Below are positions 32,605-42,511 of a DNA stretch of 64,000 bases, in pieces; position 1 is the first letter of the stretch, and each line of letters begins with the position of its first letter. Source of the DNA: a phage. Location of the stretch: the sequence record PZ445440.1; one strand, given 5' to 3'. A program made the translations under genes and the position numbers. The notes beneath the pieces are model-generated. The model saw only the letters and a program-made list of their open reading frames with translations. It was not told where the DNA came from and did no database searches.

Positions 32605-32784
32605 TTATGCAACAACCTTTCCAAAACGAGAAGCATCATCTCGAAGAACTGCACGTGCTCTGCGCATGATCTTCTCAATGGTTTGATTAATACGAGAGTT
32701 CGACCCACGCTTGTATCCAGCGCGTTTAGAGGTACCATCAACTTTCTTTTCAACTGCTTTCTTTGCTTTAGCTTGTTTTGCCAT
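32605..32784 (-). CDS. Hypothetical small basic protein, 59 aa
   Basis: hand-translated MAKQAKAKKAVEKKVDGTSKRAGYKRGSNSRINQTIEKIMRRARAVLRDDASRFGKVVA; not in ORF track; no clear SD, so tentative. Confidence 0.35.
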   Translation of the reverse strand: MAKQAKAKKAVEKKVDGTSKRAGYKRGSNSRINQTIEKIMRRARAVLRDDASRFGKVVA

Positions 32785-33078
32785 TATAAATTCTCTTTAA
32801 ATGAAAATGCAGGACTTATTGACATTGCCTGCGCAAGCCCTCAAGGGGAACATAGGTTTTGGATATTTAACGACAGGATAACCATAAACCCGTCATCATA
32901 CCAACCACGACTTAGACAGATAACCTTTTTCTGACGCGTGATAGTACAAAATACATTCAAGAGGTACACCGTAAAACTGCCGGGGCCTTAAAACTATAAT
33001 GATTCGCAAATCATTAATCAGACAGTTCGACGGCTCCTCGATTTTCTAGCCGCACTAAGGTAGCGAATCACCTAAAAC

Positions 33079-33327
33079 TTATTTAAGGGTAATAACAAAA
33101 TGACGTACTGCTTTACGAGCTGCAGAAGCCAAAGGCTTAGCATATTTCAGTTCATCTTTTGCTTCCAGTTCAGAAGCCAAAGCTGCCTGTACCGGGTTCA
33201 GATGTTTGAAATAACGCAGGATTTCCAGTGCTTCGGCTTCAACATCAATTGACGCGCCGTAGTTTTCGTGACCGTTATTCCATGCGTTTCGTTGCAGTTC
33301 AAGAGCGTGTTGTAATTGTTTAATCAT
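33079..33327 (-). CDS. rIII: rIII lysis-inhibition accessory protein
   Basis: 82 aa, near-identical to recalled T4 rIII (MIKQLQHALELQRNAWNNGHENYG...). Confidence 0.9.
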   Translation of the reverse strand: MIKQLQHALELQRNAWNNGHENYGASIDVEAEALEILRYFKHLNPVQAALASELEAKDELKYAKPLASAARKAVRHFVITLK

Positions 33328-33451
33328 TTTAAATTCTCAATTCGAGATAATATTTAGTAGCCACGTTCGTCTGAATTTCACCTTCTTTCGACAAGTCTCT
33401 CAGTTGTAGGCTACCGCTTAGAAGAGTGTTCTCTTCATATAGTTATTTATA

Positions 33452-33784
33452 TCACTTATAAAGACACGGAATAGCTTTATAGTGGCATGTTACGAATTTC
33501 TGTTTAATTTCTTTAGGTTGTTTAAGTCCCAAAGCCACAAATGGATGTGGAACATTTCGAATTTGTCCAACTGGTAGTGGAGTCAAATCACCGACTTCAA
33601 CAAAACCTTCAGGAACATCAGGACCTACAGAATGAACTACACATAGTTCAGGAACTTCACCTTGAACACGTTTACCAATCACGAGTCCTGATTCGGTAAC
33701 TTCTTCATCACCTGCTTGAGCGGGTTCAGAAACCAGAATGACATATTCACCAACAGCACGAATTGGGAGTTGTACTTCAGACAT
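33452..33784 (-). CDS. 31: gp31 co-chaperonin (GroES analog)
   Basis: 110 aa, near-identical to recalled T4 gp31. Confidence 0.9.
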   Translation of the reverse strand: MSEVQLPIRAVGEYVILVSEPAQAGDEEVTESGLVIGKRVQGEVPELCVVHSVGPDVPEGFVEVGDLTPLPVGQIRNVPHPFVALGLKQPKEIKQKFVTCHYKAIPCLYK

Positions 33785-33814
33785 CTTATTTCCTTGTTGT
33801 TTGACGATAGATTA

Positions 33815-33839
33815 ATAATACCATACTATTCGTAAAGCA
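33815..33839 (-). promoter_or_regulatory. Middle promoter (MotA box TGCTTTA + TATTAT) for gene 31
   Basis: reverse complement ATGCTTTACGAATAGTATGGTATTAT. Confidence 0.5.
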
Positions 33840-33841
33840 TA

Positions 33842-34150
33842 TTACATAAGAAGCAAACGTTCTACCGGAGTACCGTCAACCGAAATTACTTTATCAAGGC
33901 GGAAAGAACGCCACTGACCTAACTTGGTATCGAATGCTCGAACTGATTCACGAGGTTCAGAACGAACTTCTGTTGCCGGATTGTTATTTTCATATTTGAC
34001 TTCAAGTTCATCGCGCGAAGCAAACATAGTGCGTACCTCACCGTTAGCCTTTTCAAATACAACACAATGAACGCCTACAGACAGAATAGTTTTAATACGT
34101 TCACGAAGAACCATAGTTTCTTGTTCAGTTAAAATCATATTATTCACCAC
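33842..34150 (-). CDS. Hypothetical protein, 102 aa
   Basis: ORF between cd and 31; overlaps cd end. Confidence 0.5.
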   Translation of the reverse strand: MVNNMILTEQETMVLRERIKTILSVGVHCVVFEKANGEVRTMFASRDELEVKYENNNPATEVRSEPRESVRAFDTKLGQWRSFRLDKVISVDGTPVERLLLM

Positions 34151-34721
34151 AAAAGTTTCGGATTTGTTCCCAATTCAGAGAACGAAGATTATTACGAGAG
34201 TACTGAATTACTTCAATACCAGCTTGTTTAAGAATGTCTGTCCAATTTTCAGGAGACCGGTCATATAATTCTGCATATACAACCTTTTTAATGCCTGACT
34301 GTGTGATAGCTTTAGTGCAATCAGGACACGGAGAAAGCGTAGTATATAACGTAGCACCTTCAATAGAATTACCTTTACGAGCAGCAAACAAAATTGCATT
34401 CAATTCCGCATGGATTTCGTTATTAGCAGACCATGCACTATGAGCGGCCCGATGTTCTTTAGCCAAAACAAAATTATCTGCCCGTCCAAATGCTGTAGTG
34501 CCTTCTTTATGCCCAGCAACGATGACCGGGCTTGGTTTATTCTTCAACCAACCTTGTTCGGTAGCATGGTCACAACAGTTTGTACCACCTGAAGGAGACC
34601 CATTATAACCCGTAGAGATAATGCGCCCATCTTTTTCAATGACGGCACCAACTTTCCATGAACAACATTTTGATTCTTGAGAAATCAAATAAGCAATTTG
34701 AAGATATGTGCTAGCTTTCAT
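34140..34721 (-). CDS. cd: dCMP deaminase
   Basis: 193 aa; zinc-binding HAE and PCxxC motifs; matches T4 Cd. Confidence 0.9.
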   Translation of the reverse strand: MKASTYLQIAYLISQESKCCSWKVGAVIEKDGRIISTGYNGSPSGGTNCCDHATEQGWLKNKPSPVIVAGHKEGTTAFGRADNFVLAKEHRAAHSAWSANNEIHAELNAILFAARKGNSIEGATLYTTLSPCPDCTKAITQSGIKKVVYAELYDRSPENWTDILKQAGIEVIQYSRNNLRSLNWEQIRNFCGE

Positions 34722-35713
34722 TATTGAACCTTATTAATATAAGTTAACAGCTCTTTAGTTTGTTCCCAACTGATGCACGCATCGGTAACGGAAACGCCAT
34801 AGGACATATTATCAGAAATTTTTTGATTTCCTTCATGTAGGAATGATTCTATCATAATTCCTTTGACCAAATCATTAGCTGCTAAATTTTTACCAATACC
34901 AATTTGATTGCTATAATGCCCATCAGCGTTTGCATGGCTACAGTCAACCATTACATAATGATTCAGACCTACTGCCCTTGCTTTGTTAGAAGCTTCTTGA
35001 ATATCAGAAGAATGATAGTTCGGGCCGTTGGTCCCGCCACGCAATACGATATGCGTATTCTGATTACCTTCAGCTTCAACAATGCCTACAGTACCATCGA
35101 CGTCCATACCCATATACCGATGAGGCCAGGCGGCACTATACATCGCGTCTGTAGCTACTTTAATAGAACCATTAGTTGCGTTCTTGAAGCCTACGCACAT
35201 CGGTAGACCTGAAGCAATTTCACGATGTGTCTGACTTTCAGTCGTACGGGCGCCAATAGCAACCCATGAGAAAATACCAGAAAGATACTTAATCGTGAAT
35301 GGGTCTAATACTTCAGTTGCTAATGGAAGTCCCATACGTAGAAGTTTACGACACAATGTTCGTGCAACTATAAGTCCGTGGTTCATATCAAAACTTCCGT
35401 CAAGATATGGATCATTTACAAGACCTTTCCAACCTACGGTAGTTCGAGGCTTTTCAAAATAAACGCGCATCACTAACAGAACATTAGGAAGACGAGTTTG
35501 AAGTTCAGCCAGACGTTTGCCGTATTCAACAGCAGCAATAGGGTCATGAATTGAACAAGGACCTACAACAATAAGTTTGCGTGGGTCTTCACCGTTCATA
35601 ATCGAATTAACTTGTTCGCGATGAGAAGCCACTTGTGAGGCGTAAGCTTCCGACAAAGGAATAATCTCGGCCAGTTCTTTTGGAGAAATAAGTTTTCCGA
35701 CGACAGGTAACAT
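34721..35713 (-). CDS. 3-deoxy-D-arabino-heptulosonate-7-phosphate (DAHP) synthase, class I (AroF/AroG-like)
   Basis: 330 aa; motifs GPCSIHD, MRVYFEKPRTTVGWKGL, GARTTESQTHRE, VGFKN, VDCSHAN, EGNQ, YGVSVTDACISWE; stop overlaps cd start (TAATG). Confidence 0.85.
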   Translation of the reverse strand: MLPVVGKLISPKELAEIIPLSEAYASQVASHREQVNSIMNGEDPRKLIVVGPCSIHDPIAAVEYGKRLAELQTRLPNVLLVMRVYFEKPRTTVGWKGLVNDPYLDGSFDMNHGLIVARTLCRKLLRMGLPLATEVLDPFTIKYLSGIFSWVAIGARTTESQTHREIASGLPMCVGFKNATNGSIKVATDAMYSAAWPHRYMGMDVDGTVGIVEAEGNQNTHIVLRGGTNGPNYHSSDIQEASNKARAVGLNHYVMVDCSHANADGHYSNQIGIGKNLAANDLVKGIMIESFLHEGNQKISDNMSYGVSVTDACISWEQTKELLTYINKVQ

Positions 35714-35833
35714 AACAATCCTTAGGAGATATAAACAGATTCTGATTCAACAATACCTTTAACCGGATTAGACAGGCTAAGTTGGTAGTGCTCAGATTTA
35801 TGACCATTCTCGATAGTAATGAGATAGCTCTCA

Positions 35834-36070
35834 TTATAGTGTTCCATATACTCGAGTTGCTTCAACAAGACCATCACTGCCTAATTTAAGATTAGTAATT
35901 TGGTCACCATCTTTAGGATTAACGATTATGAGAAAAGAACGTGGAGATTCTTGAATAACTCGTAATGTTGCATCTTGGAAACGTTCAGACACTTTATTGA
36001 TGAGTGCTTGAGCAAATTCTTTTACTTTAATCTGAAATTCGTGTACTGTAATTGGGTTTTCACTTAGCAT
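35834..36070 (-). CDS. Hypothetical protein, 78 aa, first gene after early promoter upstream of DAHP synthase
   Basis: ORF plus early promoter at 36099-36128. Confidence 0.5.
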   Translation of the reverse strand: MLSENPITVHEFQIKVKEFAQALINKVSERFQDATLRVIQESPRSFLIIVNPKDGDQITNLKLGSDGLVEATRVYGTL

Positions 36071-36098
36071 TTCTATTTCCTCATTTGTTGGTAGAGTT

Positions 36099-36128
36099 AT
36101 AGTATCACAACTCTACGGTGTTGTAAAC
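36099..36128 (-). promoter_or_regulatory. T4-type early promoter
   Basis: reverse complement GTTTACAACACCGTAGAGTTGTGATACTAT. Confidence 0.55.
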
Positions 36129-36404
36129 TTAAATTGCAAAACATTTAATTTCTTGTGAATCGAAATCAACTTCGCACTGAATTACTAGTTCAGCATCAAG
36201 TCCAAACACAACAATCACATGAGCCGAGCTGGGCAACAGTGTAACAGACACAGAATCCACTTGGTCAGGCACCAACGTATTCAAAACGTAGAGTAGTTCA
36301 GAGTGGATCTTAAGCTCGGTAGCCGTGTCCAGCTTATCAAAGAAATGATTTGCGATAATCTGACTAAAAACGACCTTTACAATTTCAGAATATTTAGGGA
36401 ACAT
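36129..36404 (-). CDS. Hypothetical protein, 91 aa
   Basis: ORF in pseT-cd interval. Confidence 0.45.
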   Translation of the reverse strand: MFPKYSEIVKVVFSQIIANHFFDKLDTATELKIHSELLYVLNTLVPDQVDSVSVTLLPSSAHVIVVFGLDAELVIQCEVDFDSQEIKCFAI

Positions 36405-36411
36405 AATTACC

Positions 36412-36636
36412 TCAGTGTACAGTATTTACTTTAACACGAACAACAAATTGCTCGGTCGGTTCGCCTACAGGAACAAACTCTACATGATATTCGCCTTTGT
36501 AACGAGTATTCAGGTCGTTACGAATTTCGGTAAGCTTGTTGATTAATGTAGAACTCATATTAAGTCCCACTAGTTTACGAAGCATTTTGTATGCTTCATC
36601 TTCGATTTCATGATGTTTATCGCACATAGTTTTCAT
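36412..36636 (-). CDS. Hypothetical protein, 74 aa
   Basis: ORF in pseT-cd interval. Confidence 0.45.
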   Translation of the reverse strand: MKTMCDKHHEIEDEAYKMLRKLVGLNMSSTLINKLTEIRNDLNTRYKGEYHVEFVPVGEPTEQFVVRVKVNTVH

Positions 36637-36807
36637 TTAACCATTCAATTGCCTGGTCGACGTTATCAAATATACCACCGTCCAAACGTTCTTCATACTC
36701 ATAGTCCAGCACATCAATACCGAACTGTCCATTTACTAAAGGCCAGGCTACAAACAAATATTCTTTATGCTGTTCGATGGCCTCAATCACTTCATATAAT
36801 CGTTTCA

Positions 36808-36808
<1 letters not shown>
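36617..36808 (-). CDS. Hypothetical protein, 63 aa
   Basis: ORF coupled to pseT stop. Confidence 0.4.
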
Positions 36809-37894
<1,086 letters not shown>

Positions 37895-37895
<1 letters not shown>

Positions 37896-38194
37896 TATTT
37901 TATTCCTAAGAAAGTTTCAAGAATACGAATGTTATGCTCGCGCCGGTCTTTATTAATTTCAGCAACGTTTTTATTAATTGACGTACTTCTAACGTTTGAA
38001 GAAATAAATTTAATCATATGACTTTTGAGTTGTTGCAAATCCAACCCTTTTTCTTTAGCAGCTTTACGAAGAGCTTTACCTGCTTCATCTAGTGCCTTTG
38101 CTGCATCTTTGTCATAATTGCCAAGTGACATTCCACGGCAGATATCAATATACTCATCAGACCGTTTGATGTAATTCTCTAGTAATGTTTTCAT
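37895..38194 (-). CDS. Hypothetical protein, 99 aa
   Basis: ORF following early promoter 38223-38252. Confidence 0.45.
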
Positions 38195-38222
38195 TTAGAT
38201 TTCCTCAATTATCCATAGGAGC

Positions 38223-38252
38223 ATTATACTCTGCTCCTGAGAGTTTGTAAAC
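38223..38252 (-). promoter_or_regulatory. T4-type early promoter with consensus TATAAT -10
   Basis: reverse complement GTTTACAAACTCTCAGGAGCAGAGTATAAT. Confidence 0.6.
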
Positions 38253-38476
38253 TATTTTACTAAAGATTCAATATACTCGTGAAGAGCTTTAGTCGCTACT
38301 GCCCACTTATTCTGATATTCATTTTTCAGATTAGCACGAGACTGAACTAACAAGCGGTCATTAGTCGGAGGCAAAGATTCTAATCGTTGAATCTGACGAC
38401 CATAAATCATAGCCGCCATTTCAGAGTCATAGATAAGTCCTTTAAGGTATTCATGCTGTTCTTTAGTCATTGACAT
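38252..38476 (-). CDS. Hypothetical protein, 74 aa
   Basis: ORF downstream of spanin pair. Confidence 0.45.
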   Translation of the reverse strand: MSMTKEQHEYLKGLIYDSEMAAMIYGRQIQRLESLPPTNDRLLVQSRANLKNEYQNKWAVATKALHEYIESLVK

Positions 38477-38757
38477 TTTTCCTCTTTTAAACCACTACGA
38501 TAATAACATAACATAGTCTTCTGGTCATGTACATATCTTTTTACGTCGTTTAACCAGATACGAAATTCTTGAGAGTCTTCAAACGGCATTCCAACCCACG
38601 GATTACCATCAATAACCTTTACTTGCCATTTCTGGTTATATTCAACAATAGATTCAGGCCATTGCGGATGTAAAGTTTCTTTAGGGCTTAAGGGCACATC
38701 CTGGGCACATCCAGCCAAAATGCCAATAGATAATACAACTGCGGTTAATTTAATCAT
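38467..38757 (-). CDS. Outer-membrane spanin (o-spanin, Rz1-like lipoprotein)
   Basis: signal peptide with lipobox LAGC; directly follows i-spanin-like gene; position of T4 pseT.2. Confidence 0.6.
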   Translation of the reverse strand: MIKLTAVVLSIGILAGCAQDVPLSPKETLHPQWPESIVEYNQKWQVKVIDGNPWVGMPFEDSQEFRIWLNDVKRYVHDQKTMLCYYRSGLKEEKCQ

Positions 38758-39110
38758 TCTGAGAGCTTCCTGAGGTCTTCTGCAAAGGAATCGAAGGACC
38801 TGTTGATTTGTTTTTCGACCAATCCTGGCTTACTTGCCACCACGTTCTTCTTCTTCGAATCCTGACGGAGCTTTTCATTTTCGGCCTTAAGTTGGTCAAC
38901 TAAAACACGGTTCTTATAAGTCATTTCTTCGATTGACTGATATTGAACCTTGAAGTCGTCTAATACTTTAGCATTGTTTTTAGCGGTCTCTTTGACAGAA
39001 GCTAATTCAGTATTCAACGAATCAACTTTGTTGTTTAAGACAACTATTGTTACCGTAGAAACTAGAGCAAAAGCTGCTACTATAGCATAAATCGGATTTA
39101 CTTTAAGCAT
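38754..39110 (-). CDS. Inner-membrane spanin (i-spanin, Rz-like)
   Basis: N-terminal transmembrane segment then charged coiled-coil; position of T4 pseT.3. Confidence 0.6.
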   Translation of the reverse strand: MLKVNPIYAIVAAFALVSTVTIVVLNNKVDSLNTELASVKETAKNNAKVLDDFKVQYQSIEEMTYKNRVLVDQLKAENEKLRQDSKKKNVVASKPGLVEKQINRSFDSFAEDLRKLSE

Positions 39111-39598
39111 GTTTTAATAATCTCAATGATTTCATCTCGGGATAATCCATTGATAAGAACGGTTTTCAAACCATCACACTGGATTTTGTACGATTCAAAC
39201 AATACACACAACTCTTCTGCTGTATGATACGGGCTTGAAATTCCGAGGCGGTTGAATTTGTCGGTAAGAGGGTCGCAAATAATGTAGAATTTTATACCTG
39301 CGATATGTACGTTTGGTTGACTAATATTAATGAACACATTAGCGTCGTATTTAGTCAAATTGTTTTGAAGAAATTCTACCATGGCATTAACTGCTTCCGG
39401 CATTGCTTCACGTTTCTCTTCAGCGTATCGGGTGGAATACTCTTTTTGTTTTACTTTCTTTTTAAGATTTTTGGCTAGTGTAACACGTAGGTCAGTAAGA
39501 TAACCAACTGGACGTCCTTTCTTAAAGACTCGGATTCCGTCAGTTGTGTCTCCAAAAGCGGTTACGACCATATCGTTAGTAATCAATTGCATATTCAT
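39098..39598 (-). CDS. alc: Alc, inhibitor of host transcription on cytosine-containing DNA
   Basis: 166 aa, syntenic with T4 alc. Confidence 0.8.
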   Translation of the reverse strand: MNMQLITNDMVVTAFGDTTDGIRVFKKGRPVGYLTDLRVTLAKNLKKKVKQKEYSTRYAEEKREAMPEAVNAMVEFLQNNLTKYDANVFINISQPNVHIAGIKFYIICDPLTDKFNRLGISSPYHTAEELCVLFESYKIQCDGLKTVLINGLSRDEIIEIIKTCLK

Positions 39599-39628
39599 AA
39601 TTTTCTCCTCGGGTTGTTGTTAAAAGCC

Positions 39629-39658
39629 ATAGTAACACCTTCCTTGGTGTTTGTAAAC
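39629..39658 (-). promoter_or_regulatory. T4-type early promoter upstream of alc
   Basis: reverse complement GTTTACAAACACCAAGGAAGGTGTTACTAT. Confidence 0.55.
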
Positions 39659-39660
39659 CA

Positions 39661-40794
<1,134 letters not shown>

Positions 40795-40811
40795 TCAGTT
40801 AGTTTTTTTAA

Positions 40812-40841
40812 ATTGTACCACAATCCTTGTGGTGTGTAAAC
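40812..40841 (-). promoter_or_regulatory. T4-type early promoter upstream of rnlA
   Basis: reverse complement GTTTACACACCACAAGGATTGTGGTACAAT. Confidence 0.55.
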
Positions 40842-41251
40842 TACTTTTTCTTATGTTGGATATTCCAAGGCGGGTTGAACTTTTTGATAAAAAGTGGTTC
40901 TTCAAGGTCCATTGTTGCGATGGTCATTGAACCAAGTTCGTTGGTGACTGAAAGGTCAAAACATTGGCGGGCCCAGAATTCAACCTTTTTGCCTTGCATT
41001 AAGGCATCCAAAATCATAAGTGATTTTCTTGAATCTGAAGTCTGGTCTTTTCGATTTATGGCTGTTCGATAATAGTTAATGCGTTTCTTTAAATTCTTGG
41101 TTTTACCAATATACACAAGTTCGTCATCTATAGCAATAGCGTATATGACATTTTTCTTATTAGGGACATCGACTGTTTTAATTGTTGCATCTTCTAATAG
41201 CTCCAATTCTGTATATTTAATAAAGGAATATTCGGCGGCAATATCTTTCAT
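40841..41251 (-). CDS. denA: Endonuclease II (DenA)
   Basis: 136 aa, same as T4 DenA; GIY-YIG-like YIGKT segment. Confidence 0.9.
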   Translation of the reverse strand: MKDIAAEYSFIKYTELELLEDATIKTVDVPNKKNVIYAIAIDDELVYIGKTKNLKKRINYYRTAINRKDQTSDSRKSLMILDALMQGKKVEFWARQCFDLSVTNELGSMTIATMDLEEPLFIKKFNPPWNIQHKKK

Positions 41252-41259
41252 AATAAAGT

Positions 41260-41273
41260 GGGACCGAAGTCCC
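41260..41273 (-). terminator. Hairpin GGGACUUCGGUCCC between nrdB and denA
   Basis: GC stem with UUCG loop. Confidence 0.5.
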
Positions 41274-41277
41274 GTCC

Positions 41278-42456
41278 TTAGAAATATTTTTTGTATGAAT
41301 TGATTACATTTTGGTCTACATCATTATCAATTTGTGCGACAAGATAAGAACTGATTTCAACTTCCTGAGGAGCTGCTTGAACTAAATCGGAATTCAGATA
41401 TTCACGAATCCATGGAATAGGATGGCGAGTTGATACGTCTTTAAGTGGACAAGGTAGACCACAACTACGCATACGAGATACAGTAAGGTAATCCACAAAT
41501 TCGCTTAGAATTTTAACATTTAGCCCTGGCAGAGCACCATCTTTAAACAAGTGTTCAGCCCATTCTTTTTCTTGAGCATTAACTTCCATAAAGATATCAA
41601 CGGCTTCTTTCTCACATTCTTTTGTGATCTGAACCCACTCATCACCATCTTCACCGTCTTGTAAAGCACGAATAATATATTGAGTGCCTTTAAGGTGAAG
41701 CTGTTCATCACGTGCGATGAACTTCATAATCTTCGCATTACCTTCCATAATTTCCATATTTTTATGGAAGTTGAAAGTACAAGCAAAAGATACATAAAAA
41801 CGAATAGCTTCCAAGGCGTTAATAACATGCAGGCAGAGATAAAGAGATTTCATTAGCTCACGCTTCCAATATGTCTCATGCTCAATAGCATCTTCAATAA
41901 CGTCTTCGTCTGCATTAATTTCTTTTTGGTATTCGATATCAGCTTTAGCATTTTCCCAATAACGAGTTTTAACTAAGACATCGTCGTAATAACGTCCGAT
42001 AGATTCAGCACGTTTCATAATAGCTTCGTCTAATACAATTTCATCAAATACCTTCGATGGATCGGTATAAAGATTTCGCATGATATGAGTATATGAACGG
42101 GAGTGAATAGTTTCACTGAAAGTCCATGTAGCAACCCATGTATCTAATGAAGGGTCTGAAAGCAATGACATAAGTACCGCAGATGGTGCCCTGCCTTGGA
42201 TAGAATCTAATAATGATTGATACTTAAGGTTGTTGGTAAAGATATTCTGTTGGAACTGAGGAAGCTTATTGAACTGGGCTGAATCCAGCATCAGGTTTAC
42301 TTCTTCTGGGCGCCAAAAGAACGAGAGTTGCTTTTCGATAAGCTCTTCAAAAACTTTATGACGTTGGATATCGTAACGTGCAAGACCAAGACCAGAACCA
42401 AAGAACATCGGTTCATTCAAAACATCGACTTGTTGTGTATTAAAAACTGTACTCAT
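41278..42456 (-). CDS. nrdB: Ribonucleotide reductase small subunit NrdB (intronless)
   Basis: 392 aa continuous ORF; di-iron and tyrosyl radical motifs. Confidence 0.95.
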   Translation of the reverse strand: MSTVFNTQQVDVLNEPMFFGSGLGLARYDIQRHKVFEELIEKQLSFFWRPEEVNLMLDSAQFNKLPQFQQNIFTNNLKYQSLLDSIQGRAPSAVLMSLLSDPSLDTWVATWTFSETIHSRSYTHIMRNLYTDPSKVFDEIVLDEAIMKRAESIGRYYDDVLVKTRYWENAKADIEYQKEINADEDVIEDAIEHETYWKRELMKSLYLCLHVINALEAIRFYVSFACTFNFHKNMEIMEGNAKIMKFIARDEQLHLKGTQYIIRALQDGEDGDEWVQITKECEKEAVDIFMEVNAQEKEWAEHLFKDGALPGLNVKILSEFVDYLTVSRMRSCGLPCPLKDVSTRHPIPWIREYLNSDLVQAAPQEVEISSYLVAQIDNDVDQNVINSYKKYF

Positions 42457-42511
42457 TATATTTTCTCACTTAGTTATTAACTCATCCATGAGTAAATTAT
42501 AATCAAAAGAC

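Noticed and set aside
32568-32753. 61-aa minus-strand track ORF
   Set aside because: It would read through the GGGAGACCGAAGTCTCCC hairpin. The alternative frame gives a more gene-like 59-aa basic protein ending just before the hairpin.
32785-33078. Possible tRNA or group I intron in the non-coding island
   Set aside because: No cloverleaf could be built around the GTTCGA-like segment. The region is too short for an intron, has no intron ORF, and td/nrdB exon continuity shows introns are absent. Kept only as an unexplained non-coding region.
35607-35834. 75-aa ORF overlapping the 5' end of the DAHP synthase gene, and a 39-aa ORF in the 35714-35833 gap
   Set aside because: Both overlap better-supported genes in other frames and have no independent support.
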